Shown one piece after another: positions 38,961 to 50,477 of a stretch of 64,000 nucleotides of DNA; the stretch's first letter is position 1, and each line of letters opens with the position of its first letter. The stretch spans positions 1,364,001-1,428,000 of the forward strand of contig NW_025765559.1 in assembly GCF_003918875.1 (NCBI RefSeq). Direction: 5' to 3'. This DNA comes from Haliotis rubra. Its lineage: Eukaryota. Made by a program: the position numbers and the translations under genes. The notes below the pieces were generated by a model. That model did no database searches, was not told where the DNA came from, and saw nothing but the letters and a program-made list of their open reading frames with translations.

Positions 38961-40089
38961 TCTGAATAACAAACGCACCAGCACAAGAACTAACAACAAT
39001 TATTACAATTAGCTGACGTATATTTCCGATACGCACACATTTTATCTCCACATTTGTTTCTCTGATTCCGGCACGGCTGTGAAAAAAACGTCACAAGTGA
39101 CATGCATGCTGCATGTAAACCTCGTGCGGCTGGGTGGAGGAAAGCGTTCACAAATGTCCGTTATTCACGTGCGTGTCACGCAACCATCACTTGGAAGTCC
39201 GAGAAAATAAACAACAGCAGTGAGTGAGTTCATATTGATGAATTCCAGTTTAAGGCAACTGACACAACTCCGACCTCAGTCAAGTTTTCTCCTTTTTATA
39301 CACGATACAAAACTGACAATGAAAAATGTTTAAAAGTCCTAATGTTTGGGCTAATAATAAATATGTGTATTCCGACGCGAAGAAGTTAAATAGCCTCGCT
39401 GAACCCCAACGGGGGTTTGATCTCGTGTTTTCGATGATGATGATTTGGCGATGTGCGCTTTCCGACACAATGCGTATTTCGCACACTGGTCCACCAAGCC
39501 ATTTAGTGTTGCGAATCTTCACAGCACAAAGCTAACTCCTACTCGGCCTTGAGTACGAAATATATAAGATTTCCTGCTTGAATCTGCCCATCATGTCCAG
39601 TACGACAGCCATGTCCCCTGTTAACATGATACTTTTGTCACCTGTGGTCGAACTGGCAATACCCGTGTTATCAGTCTTCCCAACCAACGATGTTCTGTTA
39701 AGCCTTTATCCATCTAGTCTGGAAGAGATTGAAAAGATATCTGTACTATGTAGTCTAACCGATGTTTCTGTATACATTGTACCTTTATACATATGCGTCA
39801 TAATTTCGATGAAATATTAAACTGCTTTACATACAAAAAGTGCAAGAATTATTATATATTTTGTTGTTGAAAAGTTTCAAATTGACATTGATCTTGATTT
39901 AAAGTTTCTTCGACCATGATATTTTGAAACGAGAGCAACATCAAACCGCAGTAATATTATGTCTTTTAGAGGCGTTTAGAAGTTGTTACAGATTACCAAG
40001 ATATTTTATGGATTTTTGCTTCTGTATTCTTTCCCACACAACGTTTGGGGATCATTACAGATCCCTTCATCAGATGAAGTGACTTCACC

Positions 40090-40253
40090 TGAGTTTAGTT
40101 TTATGCCACACTCAGCAATATTCCAGCGATATGGCGGCGGTCTGTAAATAATCGAGTCTGGACCAGACAATCCAGTGATCAACAGCATGAGCATCGATCT
40201 GCACAATTGGGAAGTCAGCGAGTTTGACCACCCGATCCCGTTAGTCGCCTCTT
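40090..40253 (-). mobile_element. SINE family A, partial
   Basis: Family body and tail. Confidence 0.78.
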
Positions 40254-41539
40254 ATTGTGCGGGAAAGAATAAGAAGCAAAAATCCAGAAAATATCTTGGT
40301 CACAGTAATATTACTGTCATCCTGTTCTGCAGGGTTGGGCTTTGAAAATATTGAAATATTCGAACGATTTCAGCGCAGTTAAATCAGATTTGAAAAATAA
40401 ATAGGAAAGAATGCATGGTTATTGATGTGATATGGGGTAGCGGGAGTACTGCCCTGAAATATCGATCCTAATGAACATTAGAATACATTAAGGACATGTC
40501 CTTTAGACATTTAATGAATAATGCACAATATATGGCAAACACTTTTCGCAACAAATGGATTTCCTTTATTGACAATCTTTACAATATGGGATATGTAAAT
40601 ATCAGGATTTCAGAAATTGAAAGCTTAACGTTAACAGATTTGTAGACTCTGATGTTTCTATCTCCACTTTTTAATGTGTGAATAACGGGATTTGTAAACA
40701 ACTACCTGCATCTTTTAGAAATATCCGATACAGGTTGCAGAACCATTATGAAAAAAATAAATAATGTTTCAGTTTCTAATCATTTAAAAGAAACTGGACT
40801 TCAGAAACAATCAGCATCAGATTCCCTCCTTGACCAGACATCATTACAGTAGGCCACATAAAGAATATTCCTGTTTCTCATCACATTTTGTTTTTACATG
40901 TTATTTTATTTTGTGTCCAAAACCCTTTGATTTCTGTGGAAATTTACACCTCTTCCCCGATAGAAAATCTAAACATAGAAGTGTAAAAAAATCATGCACA
41001 TTTTGAGTCAAAGTTGAATTTTTCTATTGTGAAAATAAAAATGAGTCAAGTCAAGAATTTTTTCGGGCATTAATACTCTCACTTTTAGCCTGCATCTCAC
41101 TCTGCCTACATCTCATTCTGCCTACATCTCATTCTGCCTACAGACATATGAAAGGAAGTATCCAGTTGGCTTCACATGTTATCCGAAGGGAATATCAAGT
41201 TCTCTCATGAAAATATTATATTTGGCTTGAAAGGCAAAAACAATAATCCACTTAATGTGGTCTTTCAACTCAAACAAAAAACCGAAGACACACTAAAAAA
41301 AAAAAAAGACAAAAAAAAAACCAAAACAAATTCTTCCATGTTTTCTTGTGGGGAGGTAGGATCAAGTACTATCTATCGCTTTCTCATTCTGTCTACACAG
41401 TTGTGACCAACAAACCATGACTTGCATGTGTTGTTTTAGCTGTAGGCAGAATGAGAGGACACCATTGTTTATACATGTCCTTATATCAGCTAACTGATCC
41501 GAATTGAATATCGGCTATATCTATTCAATAGTTTAAATA

Positions 41540-41545
41540 TTTATT
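41540..41545 (-). terminator. Putative polyadenylation signal of the BH3 gene
   Basis: AATAAA on the minus strand about 180 nt after the stop codon. Confidence 0.5.
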
Positions 41546-41723
41546 GTTTCGGGATTTAAGAATATTTAACCAAATGTCGCTCATATCTTAAATAACAAAC
41601 TTTTAGGACTGGTTTTCTACTTCAGCACCCACCAGTTCTCCCACCCACAACCGTACCAGTATTCCGGAGTAAAATATCCACAACTTACCACTAGAACTCT
41701 CACACACAGCTCCCTCGCATGGA

Positions 41724-42109
41724 TCAAAGGCAATGTAATATACAAGCACACGTGAAAAGTACATGTCCCACAGAAAATCCACATCGAAAAGAACTTCTTT
41801 GAAGTATTTTCATCTTTTTTCCGTCACGTGTTTTCCATATTTCATCTCCAATCTTCCGTAACCTTTTCGCCATTTCTCGGTATTCTTCGCAAACATCCGA
41901 ATCCACACCACACATCTCAGGTGTCATACTTTTTGAAAGAAAAGATGCTCTGTTTTTAACAAATGTTATAGTACGAGGCATACTGTTCCCGTCATGCATC
42001 AAGTTAGTGGTTACCGCAAGTACGGCATCGTTGTCCTGATCAATGGGTCACGTGACACAGGAGGTGCCAAAGGATCGATACGGTGATCCTTATGAACTTG
42101 GATGGACAT
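41724..42109 (-). CDS. Candidate BH3-only pro-apoptotic protein: 91 aa from ATG 41999, or 128 aa from ATG 42109 if one C is missing in a homopolymer at about 42045
   Basis: MAKRLRKIGDEI fits the BH3 consensus (compare BIM IAQELRRIGDEF); C-terminal hydrophobic tail GFSVGHVLFTCACILHCL; upstream intron 42121-42197 (gtgagta...tttag), TATA box and AATAAA. Confidence 0.7.
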
Positions 42110-42325
42110 GTAGCGGTTATCTAAATATTGATTGACAAAATTACGAACTTTTGTATGATATGAAGGACTTAAAATCCATACGTTGTATAATACTCACCAG
42201 ATGATAGAAATATTCAGTGTCAAAAATTAACGAAGGGACAAAGCTGACTGGCTGTTTTGGAAATGATGCGACTTGGGCTGGCTCTCACTCATGTTAAGTC
42301 TCACTTCATAATAAACAAATTAAAT

Positions 42326-42332
42326 ATTTATA
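42326..42332 (-). promoter_or_regulatory. TATA box of the BH3 gene
   Basis: TATAAAT on the minus strand about 130 nt upstream of the splice donor at 42197. Confidence 0.5.
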
Positions 42333-42725
42333 CACGTTGTTTTCTCCCGATTGTCGTGAGAATGAATTAACACAATATCCCTTTCTGAGGTTGTTTAGAA
42401 TTGTATACAATGAATGATTTTATTTGGGAAGAAGCAAAGCTTCAAGAATGATTGACATTCTCCCGTGCAGTTTTCTCAACACAAACACTATCTGTGCAAT
42501 CAGTGTTTGCCCTTAACCCTGAAATGCTGCAGGCCCTAGGGACCCAGGGCTCTTATTCTCGAAACGTTCGTAGCCCTAAGAATTCTTAACTTTGATCGTA
42601 GCCAGTGTGTTAAGAATGGGCTTAAGAAGTTCGTAGGACTACGAACGAGAATAGCTAGCCAGAACCATAAAAAGTTGTGGGTCCTGATCAGAATGTGTAG
42701 GCCCTATATTTTAGCTACAAGATTG

Positions 42726-42972
42726 TGAGTGAGTGTGAGTTTAGTTTTACGCCACACTCTGCAATATTCCAGCTATGTGGCAGCGGTCTGTAAATAATCG
42801 AGTCTGGATAAGACAATCCAGTGATCAACAGCACAAGCATCGGTCTACACAACTGGGATACGATGACATGTGTCAACCAAGTCAGCGAGCCTGACCACCC
42901 AATCCCGTTAGTCGCCTCTTACGACAAGCGTGGGTTATTGAAGATCAATTCTAACCCGGATCTTCACGGGCC
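42726..42972 (-). mobile_element. SINE family A
   Basis: Full length, flanked by agctacaa repeats. Confidence 0.88.
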
Positions 42973-43976
42973 AGCTACAATATAAGGAAATCCCTGCAAA
43001 CTAACAAACTGAGTTAAAGAGTTTAATTAAACTCCAGTGAGTGACTAGTCTTTATTTACAACAAAATCAACATCCATGTCAAGATCCAAGTCTTCTGAAA
43101 AGTCTGAATCAGAATGTTCAGACAGGGGGTGTCAGTAATTGGGAATGAAAGAGTTGTCGGCCATAATGACCTGCAGAAAACAGAAGCTGTGGGTCCGAGT
43201 GGTTTTCAGTCGGCTTCGGATGTGATTCGAACGCTTTGTGCAATGTTTGATAAAACGGAATTCTTTTACTCCTCGTTTACTTTTTTAAAAATATTTACTT
43301 GAAAATAGCTTAATATACACCCTTTGCCTTGCTCAAATCACATCCCATTTGTACACGACCATCTCCAAACATGCAGTACGATGTACCTCCCTTGTGGATA
43401 CTAAGGTTATATAAATGTTAAGCAGCATGTTTTCTACTCGTGTGTAGCCGCGAATAGCTGAATATGACTGGTGCGGCGTTGAACAATATTCAGTCGACGT
43501 TTGTGAGAACTGTCTCACTTAAAAACAACTTTAATGGATATTGTTATTTTGCAGAAAAGCACTTTCAAAACGAATTCGAATACCTTTGGCTTTATATGAA
43601 TAAGCTGGCTATTAAAGTAGTTTCTTTATGCTAATACAAAGTCACAACAACTGATATTTAGAACGATCTGAAATATCTGGAACGGGTTGGAATCTACTCA
43701 TGCCTTTACCCAAACCAACAAGACGTTTATGATTTTCGTGTCCAGGGTGAGGGCGTAAGATTGACGTTACGTGGATGTAGTCCTGCATTGTTATCCTTAA
43801 ACTGATGTAATTAATATAACAGTGAAAGGAAATCACCCTTTATCCTGCACGGTAAACTTCGACGCCGTATTAGCAAATTATGTAAACCAGCTTTTCAAGT
43901 GGATGTCATTATCTTACCAGTGTCAGGTGGGCGTGTCAGACAACGACCATCACGAATGACGTAACACATGAACCTG

Positions 43977-44120
43977 GGCCCCGTTTCACAAAGCTCTCGT
44001 AAGCCTAAAATCTCGTTACTTTTCTCGAAGTATTCATTCTGTGTTACAGTATAGAAGGTTCAAATGCTGCGAGAAAAGTTACGAGATCTTAGGCTTACGA
44101 GAGCTTTGTGAAGCGGGGCC
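43977..44120. mobile_element. Palindromic MITE (ggccccgtttcacaaagctctcgtaagcctaa TIR), PIF/Harbinger-like
   Basis: About 50-bp near-perfect inverted arms. Confidence 0.75.
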
Positions 44121-45563
44121 CCGGCTATTATGGTAACAGAGTGGAGTGTTTGGAATGAACTTGTTTGTTGGTTGGTTGGTTGTTTAACGCCGCACTCAGG
44201 AATATTCCAGGTACATGGTGGGTTCTGTAAATGTTAGAGTCTCCACTAGACAATCCAGACTTTGAATTAACTAATTACAGAATGTTTTAACTTTTAATAT
44301 TTATTTTAACTACCACCAAGAAATACGCACAAAAACAATTGAATAAATAGTACTCATGGTGAAAAACGTCTAGTTTCATGGCCTCGCCTCGCCCCCCTAC
44401 ACACACACCTAAATATATAGAACAAAATATATGTAGTATGCTGTATTTTTAAAGTGAGCATATTGAACAGTTCCAACTGATTTAATTATATCTGACACTA
44501 CATGTCTTCAAAGTAAGTTAGATGCACCTAATCGTTCGCATCTATCAAAGTTCCCAGATGGAACACCGGTACAGTTCTGACAAATGCGACCGTAGTTTCT
44601 TTTCTTCAAATCAAAGTGTCGATTGCGAAGAAAAACCCCATCCGCTAAAGAACTTCCTTAGTAAACCCGTTTGTCCATTCAAAGTGCTCAACAGTCTGCA
44701 ATCAATCCATCAGCTATATCATGTATCCAAACAGTAATTAAAACCAGCTAATGAACTTCATTGAAACAACATCAAACAGCCTGTCCGTGTAATATTTACG
44801 TTAGAATTACGAAGCATCCAGCTATGGTAGCCTGTCCAGGCTAGCGGTCATCACCGTCAACACCGCGATCAGTCACAGGTCAATCAATATCTCGGACAAT
44901 GGTCACTACCGCTATACGTAATCTCATAGTCACCTGACTGTCCATCTTACTGTCTGTGCACGTGCAGGCAAACATGCCAATATCTGTCAATAACTGTCAA
45001 TTACGAGAGCCGACAAGCAGGTGCGCTTACTTTGAAGTTTACCGTTGAACAGTTGCCTCATCCAAAGAACCGTTAGTATTAATGTTAAGTTCAGTGAAAG
45101 GTCTTGGCATAATTTTTGTCAAAGAAAACGTAGTACGGGTGAATTATTTTAGTCTATTTTGTTAAATGGAATTATATATTTTAAATCAAAATCAAGATTA
45201 TGCTAGATCTCCGATTAGTACATGTATTCAACAATGTGCTTGACAAGAATTTAAGCAATAACAAGGAATGTTTTAACCTTTTGTACCCCTACCGTTAAAG
45301 ACAGACAGAGAGAAACTTTTACTGACACAAGCCATAATAAATGGCCTCTGGCCATGTACATGATGTTTTGGTATCCTGTCATTATAGCGAGGATGTAACA
45401 AATATTAAGCTTATTCTGCAGATTAATAATATCGTCGCTGGAAGGCTTCCTAAACATATGATGTGATTTGAACATACTTTTATTCATGAAAACATAAAGA
45501 TCATGAATGGGTTGGCCAACAAGCTCCGATCGAGGAGCTCATTTGAAGGCCTCTCCCATAATT

Positions 45564-45887
45564 GGCCAAACAAAAAAAATGCTGTGGTTCCGATTACACC
45601 TCTAAAATTTAGGGTAGGTAGGTCGGAATTATTTTTTTTACAGATTTTATTAGAAGTAAAGTACAACCTAATAACACATTTATCAATGTGTAATTGTTTA
45701 TTCAATCAAGATTGCGGTCATCATATCGACTTTCTCTATCAGAATGACCGATATCTGTTGGTGCCAGAAAAAAACAATGTCATCTGAAAGCTCATTTTAT
45801 AATCATTCCGCTTAAAAACAAATTAGGGTCGGCACCAGAATTCAAGGGTCGGTCGGGTAATCGGAACCACAACATATTTTTAAGGCC
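45564..45887. mobile_element. MITE with subterminal inverted repeat tgtggttccgattac/gtaatcggaaccaca
   Basis: Inverted ends starting and ending in ggcc. Confidence 0.55.
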
Positions 45888-45949
45888 TATACAAATACAT
45901 ATACCAGTAAATACAGAAACAGATGACACAATCATGATACAATTCTTAT

Positions 45950-47360
45950 TTATCAGCAATCAAGTTAAGGATAATGCATAAATATCGATTTGTTTGTTTG
46001 GCAATCCATATTGAAGTATTTATGAAACATCAAATTGATCAGATTGTATTATGTAAACATGAATAGATTTCAATAATTTGTGTAGATCATTGCTAGTGAG
46101 CGATGCACATCCACGTTAATACCATGTTGATACTAAATCCCTTTGAATAGATATTTTTTGTCGTAATTTCATGTATTTATTGTATGTGAAAAAATAACGT
46201 ACAGCCTTTCGATTGGATGAGCACGAGGCGCTCCCGATGATATGTCTATCAAACCTATAGGCATTCAAATCACTACAAGGGAGCCTGAGGCGAGAATGGA
46301 TAATATGGTATATTCTGGAGCCAAAGTTAAGGTCAAAGATAATAGTTTTCTTATTAAGTCTACACAACCAATTTTTGAATCGGGAAAAAGTATCACTGTT
46401 TTGAATTTCAGGACTTAGTGAATTCCATAGTTTTATTGTATCAGATAAAAGTGATCTGGCATATATTGCCGTTCAACTGTTCGCAGTGATGAATTTCCAC
46501 TAAGTTTCTAATCATTAGTATTGGGTATTGTAGGTAAGAGATATTGAGGCGAGAGATTATTCTTCATTTTATAAAATGTTGTCAGCTTAGAAATATATCT
46601 ACGTTCTTTCAGCGGTTTTTGGTTAGTTTCTACATATATCATGTTGTGACTTGTTCTTCAAACTGCACCACATATTGATCGCAATGCGTCTAGATTAAAT
46701 TTTTCTAGTAAGATGGATTGTTCCTGAGTCCCAAATGTGGCCGCAATAATACAAAAATCGGTAACATGAAAGATTTATAGATACATTGTAATTCTAAACT
46801 TTTACGCGTTGGGCGACATTTCAAACTTCTTAAGCAGTTAATCAATGGACTAACTTTCTTAATCATAGAGTTTATGTGAGTATCCCAGTAACAGTTAATT
46901 GTATTTTGAAGGGTCAAGCCAAGATGCTTGTGATGTTCTACGTCTTGAATTATCACACCGTTCGTTATAAGATCAGGTTTGATGCTTCTGTTTAGTTTTC
47001 TACTAAACTGTTCGATTTCGTTTTGTTGGGATTAAATGAAACCTTCAATTTTTGCCCAATTTGAAATTCTTAATGGGTCATTATTTAAACAGTCTTCAGC
47101 TATGTCGGGGATATAAGTAACAGCCTATAGAGACGTGTTATCTGCGAAAATGGCTAATATCACTATCAATATCATCTACAATATCATGTTTATATTTATA
47201 AACATTAGTCAGTCATTATATTATAAACATTAGGGGTCCCAAGACTGATCCTTGAGGGACGCCTGCTTATACTGGTCTAGGATTTGATAAATGTCCATTA
47301 ATTACAACTCACTGGGCTCTATCTTTCCAACAATTTTCAAACCATTTTAGTAGGTAACCA
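45950..47360 (-). mobile_element. CR1/L2-group LINE ORF2 remnant (reverse transcriptase to 3' end), degenerate
   Basis: Minus strand reads AGVPQGSVLGPL (about 47230-47270), FADNTSL, HKHLGLTL, WDTHI, IYKSFMLPIF, HSRLRL. Confidence 0.85.
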
Positions 47361-47562
47361 TGGTTACCTTGAATACTCTAGTACATAAACATACACATAT
47401 GCTGCTAAGTTTCTTAATTCTTTAACGTTATTATTAGAAATTAATGGTAGAAATTTGTAAACTGAAGGTGGTTAAAATTAGTATTCCTTTAACTATTTAA
47501 TTCTGGGATCACTGTAAACTGAACATTCTATAATGAAGTAATATCCTCTTCTATTTCACCGC

Positions 47563-47919
47563 GACCGCCTCCGTGGTGTAGTGGTTAGAGCGTCCGCCCG
47601 GAGAGCGGAAGGTCGCGGGTTCGATCCCCGACCGCGTCATACCAAAAGACGTTAAAATATGGTACTTGTTGGTCCCTGTCTGGCGCTCGGCATTAATGGG
47701 TACAACAAGGACTGGTCGGATCGGAGTCAGTATAATGTGTCTGAGTGGGGTATTCTTGCTTCACTGCGGCATGGTATCTCTGTTGGCTAGCACTATAAAA
47801 CCAGCTTCAGTCTGGGCTAGTACAAGCAGCCGCACATACACATACACACGCATGCACGTCGTCATATGAGCGAAATATTCTCAAGCACGTCGTTAAACCC
47901 AATTTCACCTCACCTCACC
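47563..47919 (+). mobile_element. SINE family C (tRNA head plus MetaSINE-like central domain), full length
   Basis: tggtgtagtgg A box, ggttcgatcc B box, cataccaaaagacgttaaaatatggtacttg core, (cacct)n tail, 13-bp TSD. Confidence 0.8.
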
Positions 47920-47932
47920 TCTATTTCACCGC

Positions 47933-48275
47933 GACCGCCTCCGTGGTGTAGTGGTTAGAGCGTCCGCCCGGAGAGCGGAAGGTCGCGGGTTCGATCCCCG
48001 ACCGCGTCATACCAAAAGACGTTAAAATATGGTACTTGTTGGTCCCTGCCTGGCGCTCGGCATTATTGGGAACAACAAGGACTGGTCGGCTCGGAGTCAG
48101 TATAATGTGTCTGAGTGGGGTATTCATGCTTCGGGGCGGTGGGGTAGTCTAGTGGTTAAAGCGTTGGCTCGTCACGCCGAAGACCCGGGTTCGAATCCCC
48201 ACATGGGTACAATGAGTGAAGCCCATTTTTGGTGTCCCCCTCCGTGATATTGCTGGAATATTGCTAAAAGCGGCG
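47933..48275 (+). mobile_element. Chimeric SINE: family C 5' half fused to a tail-less family B copy
   Basis: 47933-48131 repeats the family C head; 48132-48275 is family B; bounded by tctatttcaccgc. Confidence 0.75.
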
Positions 48276-48534
48276 TCTTCTATTTCACCGCTGTTACATG
48301 TTATGCATCTTCCCCGAGTCCGCTCTGCTCGACTGCTGCCGTATCTCCCTATCTCAATGTGTAGAGTGTGCGATGAAAGACGGAGTTTACTTACGACTCT
48401 TCCTTGCTTACTATTTCCAACTTTGATCAGATAATCTTCAACTTTTGTAACATTGTACATTCCTTGTACCAGCAGATTGCCGTAATTGACTTTGCCATAG
48501 TGCTATATAATTGTCCTGAAGTCTTTGTCTTAAC

Positions 48535-48699
48535 GGGCGGCGGGCTAGCCTAGTGGTTAAAGCGTTCGCTCGTCACGCCGAAGACCCGGGTTCGATTCCC
48601 CACATGGGTACAATGTGTGAAGCCTATTTCTGGTGTCCCTCGCCCTGATATTGCTGGAATATTGCTAAAAGCGGCGTAAAACTAAACTCACTCACTCAC
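48535..48699 (+). mobile_element. SINE family B
   Basis: Full length, TSD tctttgtcttaa. Confidence 0.9.
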
Positions 48700-48713
48700 T
48701 CTTTGTCTTAAAG

Positions 48714-48969
48714 GTGAGTGAGTGAGTTAATATTTAACGTCACATCGGTAATATCTCAGCCATATCATGACGAGAACAATTTATTTCATATCACTATTAA
48801 AAACGATAACTTGAGAACATAAAAACCTGTCATCGAAGGACAGTAAACCAACTAGAATATCACAGTATCAAGACATAACACTAGCATCTCCCTTTAAAAT
48901 TGCATTTCAAATAAGGACAATACAATATCAAAAATGGCTATAGGTCGCCAACAACTGAAGGTAGATCAC
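48714..48969 (-). mobile_element. Family D: truncated LINE 3' end with (CTCA)n tail
   Basis: Matches 50120-50367; TSD ttgtcttaaa. Confidence 0.75.
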
Positions 48970-49497
48970 TTGTCTTAAAAGAGGAATGAATTCAGAAAAT
49001 AGTACAGGTTATAAGATGAACCCGAAACCGTTGTATTCCAATATGCGTTCTGTCTCCTTCGCCCAGCTGAGGGGTTCATTCTTCGCTGTTGGATCAGCGC
49101 TATTAAGGCTGCAGTTTTCAGTTTTCACCAGCTTTACCCAGTATTTGATCATGTTTATGTGGCGATCGATGGTCAGTGGGAATCTTTCTAGTTCAAAAGC
49201 TTGCATACAAATACAGTCTGCAGTCTGATTCGGGGTTACAACTGAACCCCAGCATCCAGAGTCCAGCGTCATCAACAGCAACACTTGCGTCTGTTCGACC
49301 ATTCAGGTATTTACGGCAAAAGAATAAATCTTCGGGCAACATGTATTCGTATTGTTTTAATTACGTATTGTTTTATTATTTTTGTAAACAGACCCAAAAT
49401 ATTACACGCAGAATATATGACATTTATAACATTTGACTGGCAACATAAAAAGCACAAACCACAGTCAAAGACGAACCACTTATTTATCTCGGAACTC

Positions 49498-49743
49498 GAC
49501 CCGTGAAGTTCCAGGTTGGAATTGATCTTCAGTAACCCATGCTTGTCGTAAGAAGCGACTAATGGGATCGGGGACCAGGCTCGCTGGCTGGGTTGACACA
49601 TGTCATTGTATCCCAATTGCGTAGATCGACGTTCATGTTGTTGATCACTGGATTATCTGGTCCAGACTTGATTATTTACAGACCGCCACCATATAGCTGG
49701 AATATTGCTGAGTGCAGCGTAAAACTAAATGCACTCACTCACT
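49498..49743 (+). mobile_element. SINE family A
   Basis: Full length; 11-bp TSD tctcggaactc fixes the 5' end at GACCCG. Confidence 0.9.
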
Positions 49744-49821
49744 TTCTCGGAACTCACAGAGGATGTTTGCCATCGTTGCGGCATTGTTACTAACAGCGAC
49801 ATATCCGATCTGTTCGGGACA

Positions 49822-50367
49822 ATTTAATAGATGAATTTTTAATAATATGTTTTGTAAATAGATGTATTTTAATGATTGGCAGTTTCGATTGGTAACTTAG
49901 ATTGTTAGTGGCTGTACCCTCAAAGGGGGTTGACGTAGCGTAAAAATATTGTCCTCCGGAGAGAAAATTTAAATTTACAGGGATTTTTTAAACGTAGTAT
50001 TTTTGTGATTTTAATTTTGGCTAAATTTTCCTGCAATCGCCAAGGACTGAAGGGATGGTGTAAATCCAACAAGGGTCCATGCAGGTAGCAAAGGTACTGT
50101 AAGTCCCCATGGTCCCTAGTATGGTGATCAACCTTCAGTTGTTGGCGATCTATAGCCTGTTTTTATATTGTGTTGTCCAAATAGTGCTATCAGTTTTAAC
50201 TTTCCACACTAGCTTTAGTTGTAATTGTGATATTCTAGTTATTTTAAGTTCTTTGATGACAGATTTTTAGTAACTTAAATTTATTGTTTATGTAAAACAT
50301 TTTTCGTCACAATATGGCTGAAATATTGCCGGTGTGACGTTAAATTTTAACTCACCCACTCACTCAC
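49822..50367 (+). mobile_element. Family D: longest truncated LINE 3' end in the window
   Basis: 13-bp TSD tctgttcgggaca; tail gacgttaaattttaactcac(tcac)n. Confidence 0.78.
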
Positions 50368-50477
50368 TCTGTTCGGGACATATCCACAATACATATCTCA
50401 CCAGTATTTGTCCATGAGAGAACACACCACGGCTACATTGCCCAATGAAACAGATTGTGTTCATGGTGTTGAGTGTA

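Larger units (their letters stand above)
47400..49260 (-). mobile_element. Second non-LTR retrotransposon remnant (RTE-X-like C-terminus) interrupted by SINEs
   Basis: ELERFPL..RHINMIKYWVKL; KLRLSSHTLHIEIGRY...CITCNSGEIE, with the ..FIIEC end of the zinc knuckle resuming at about 47520-47550. Confidence 0.7.
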
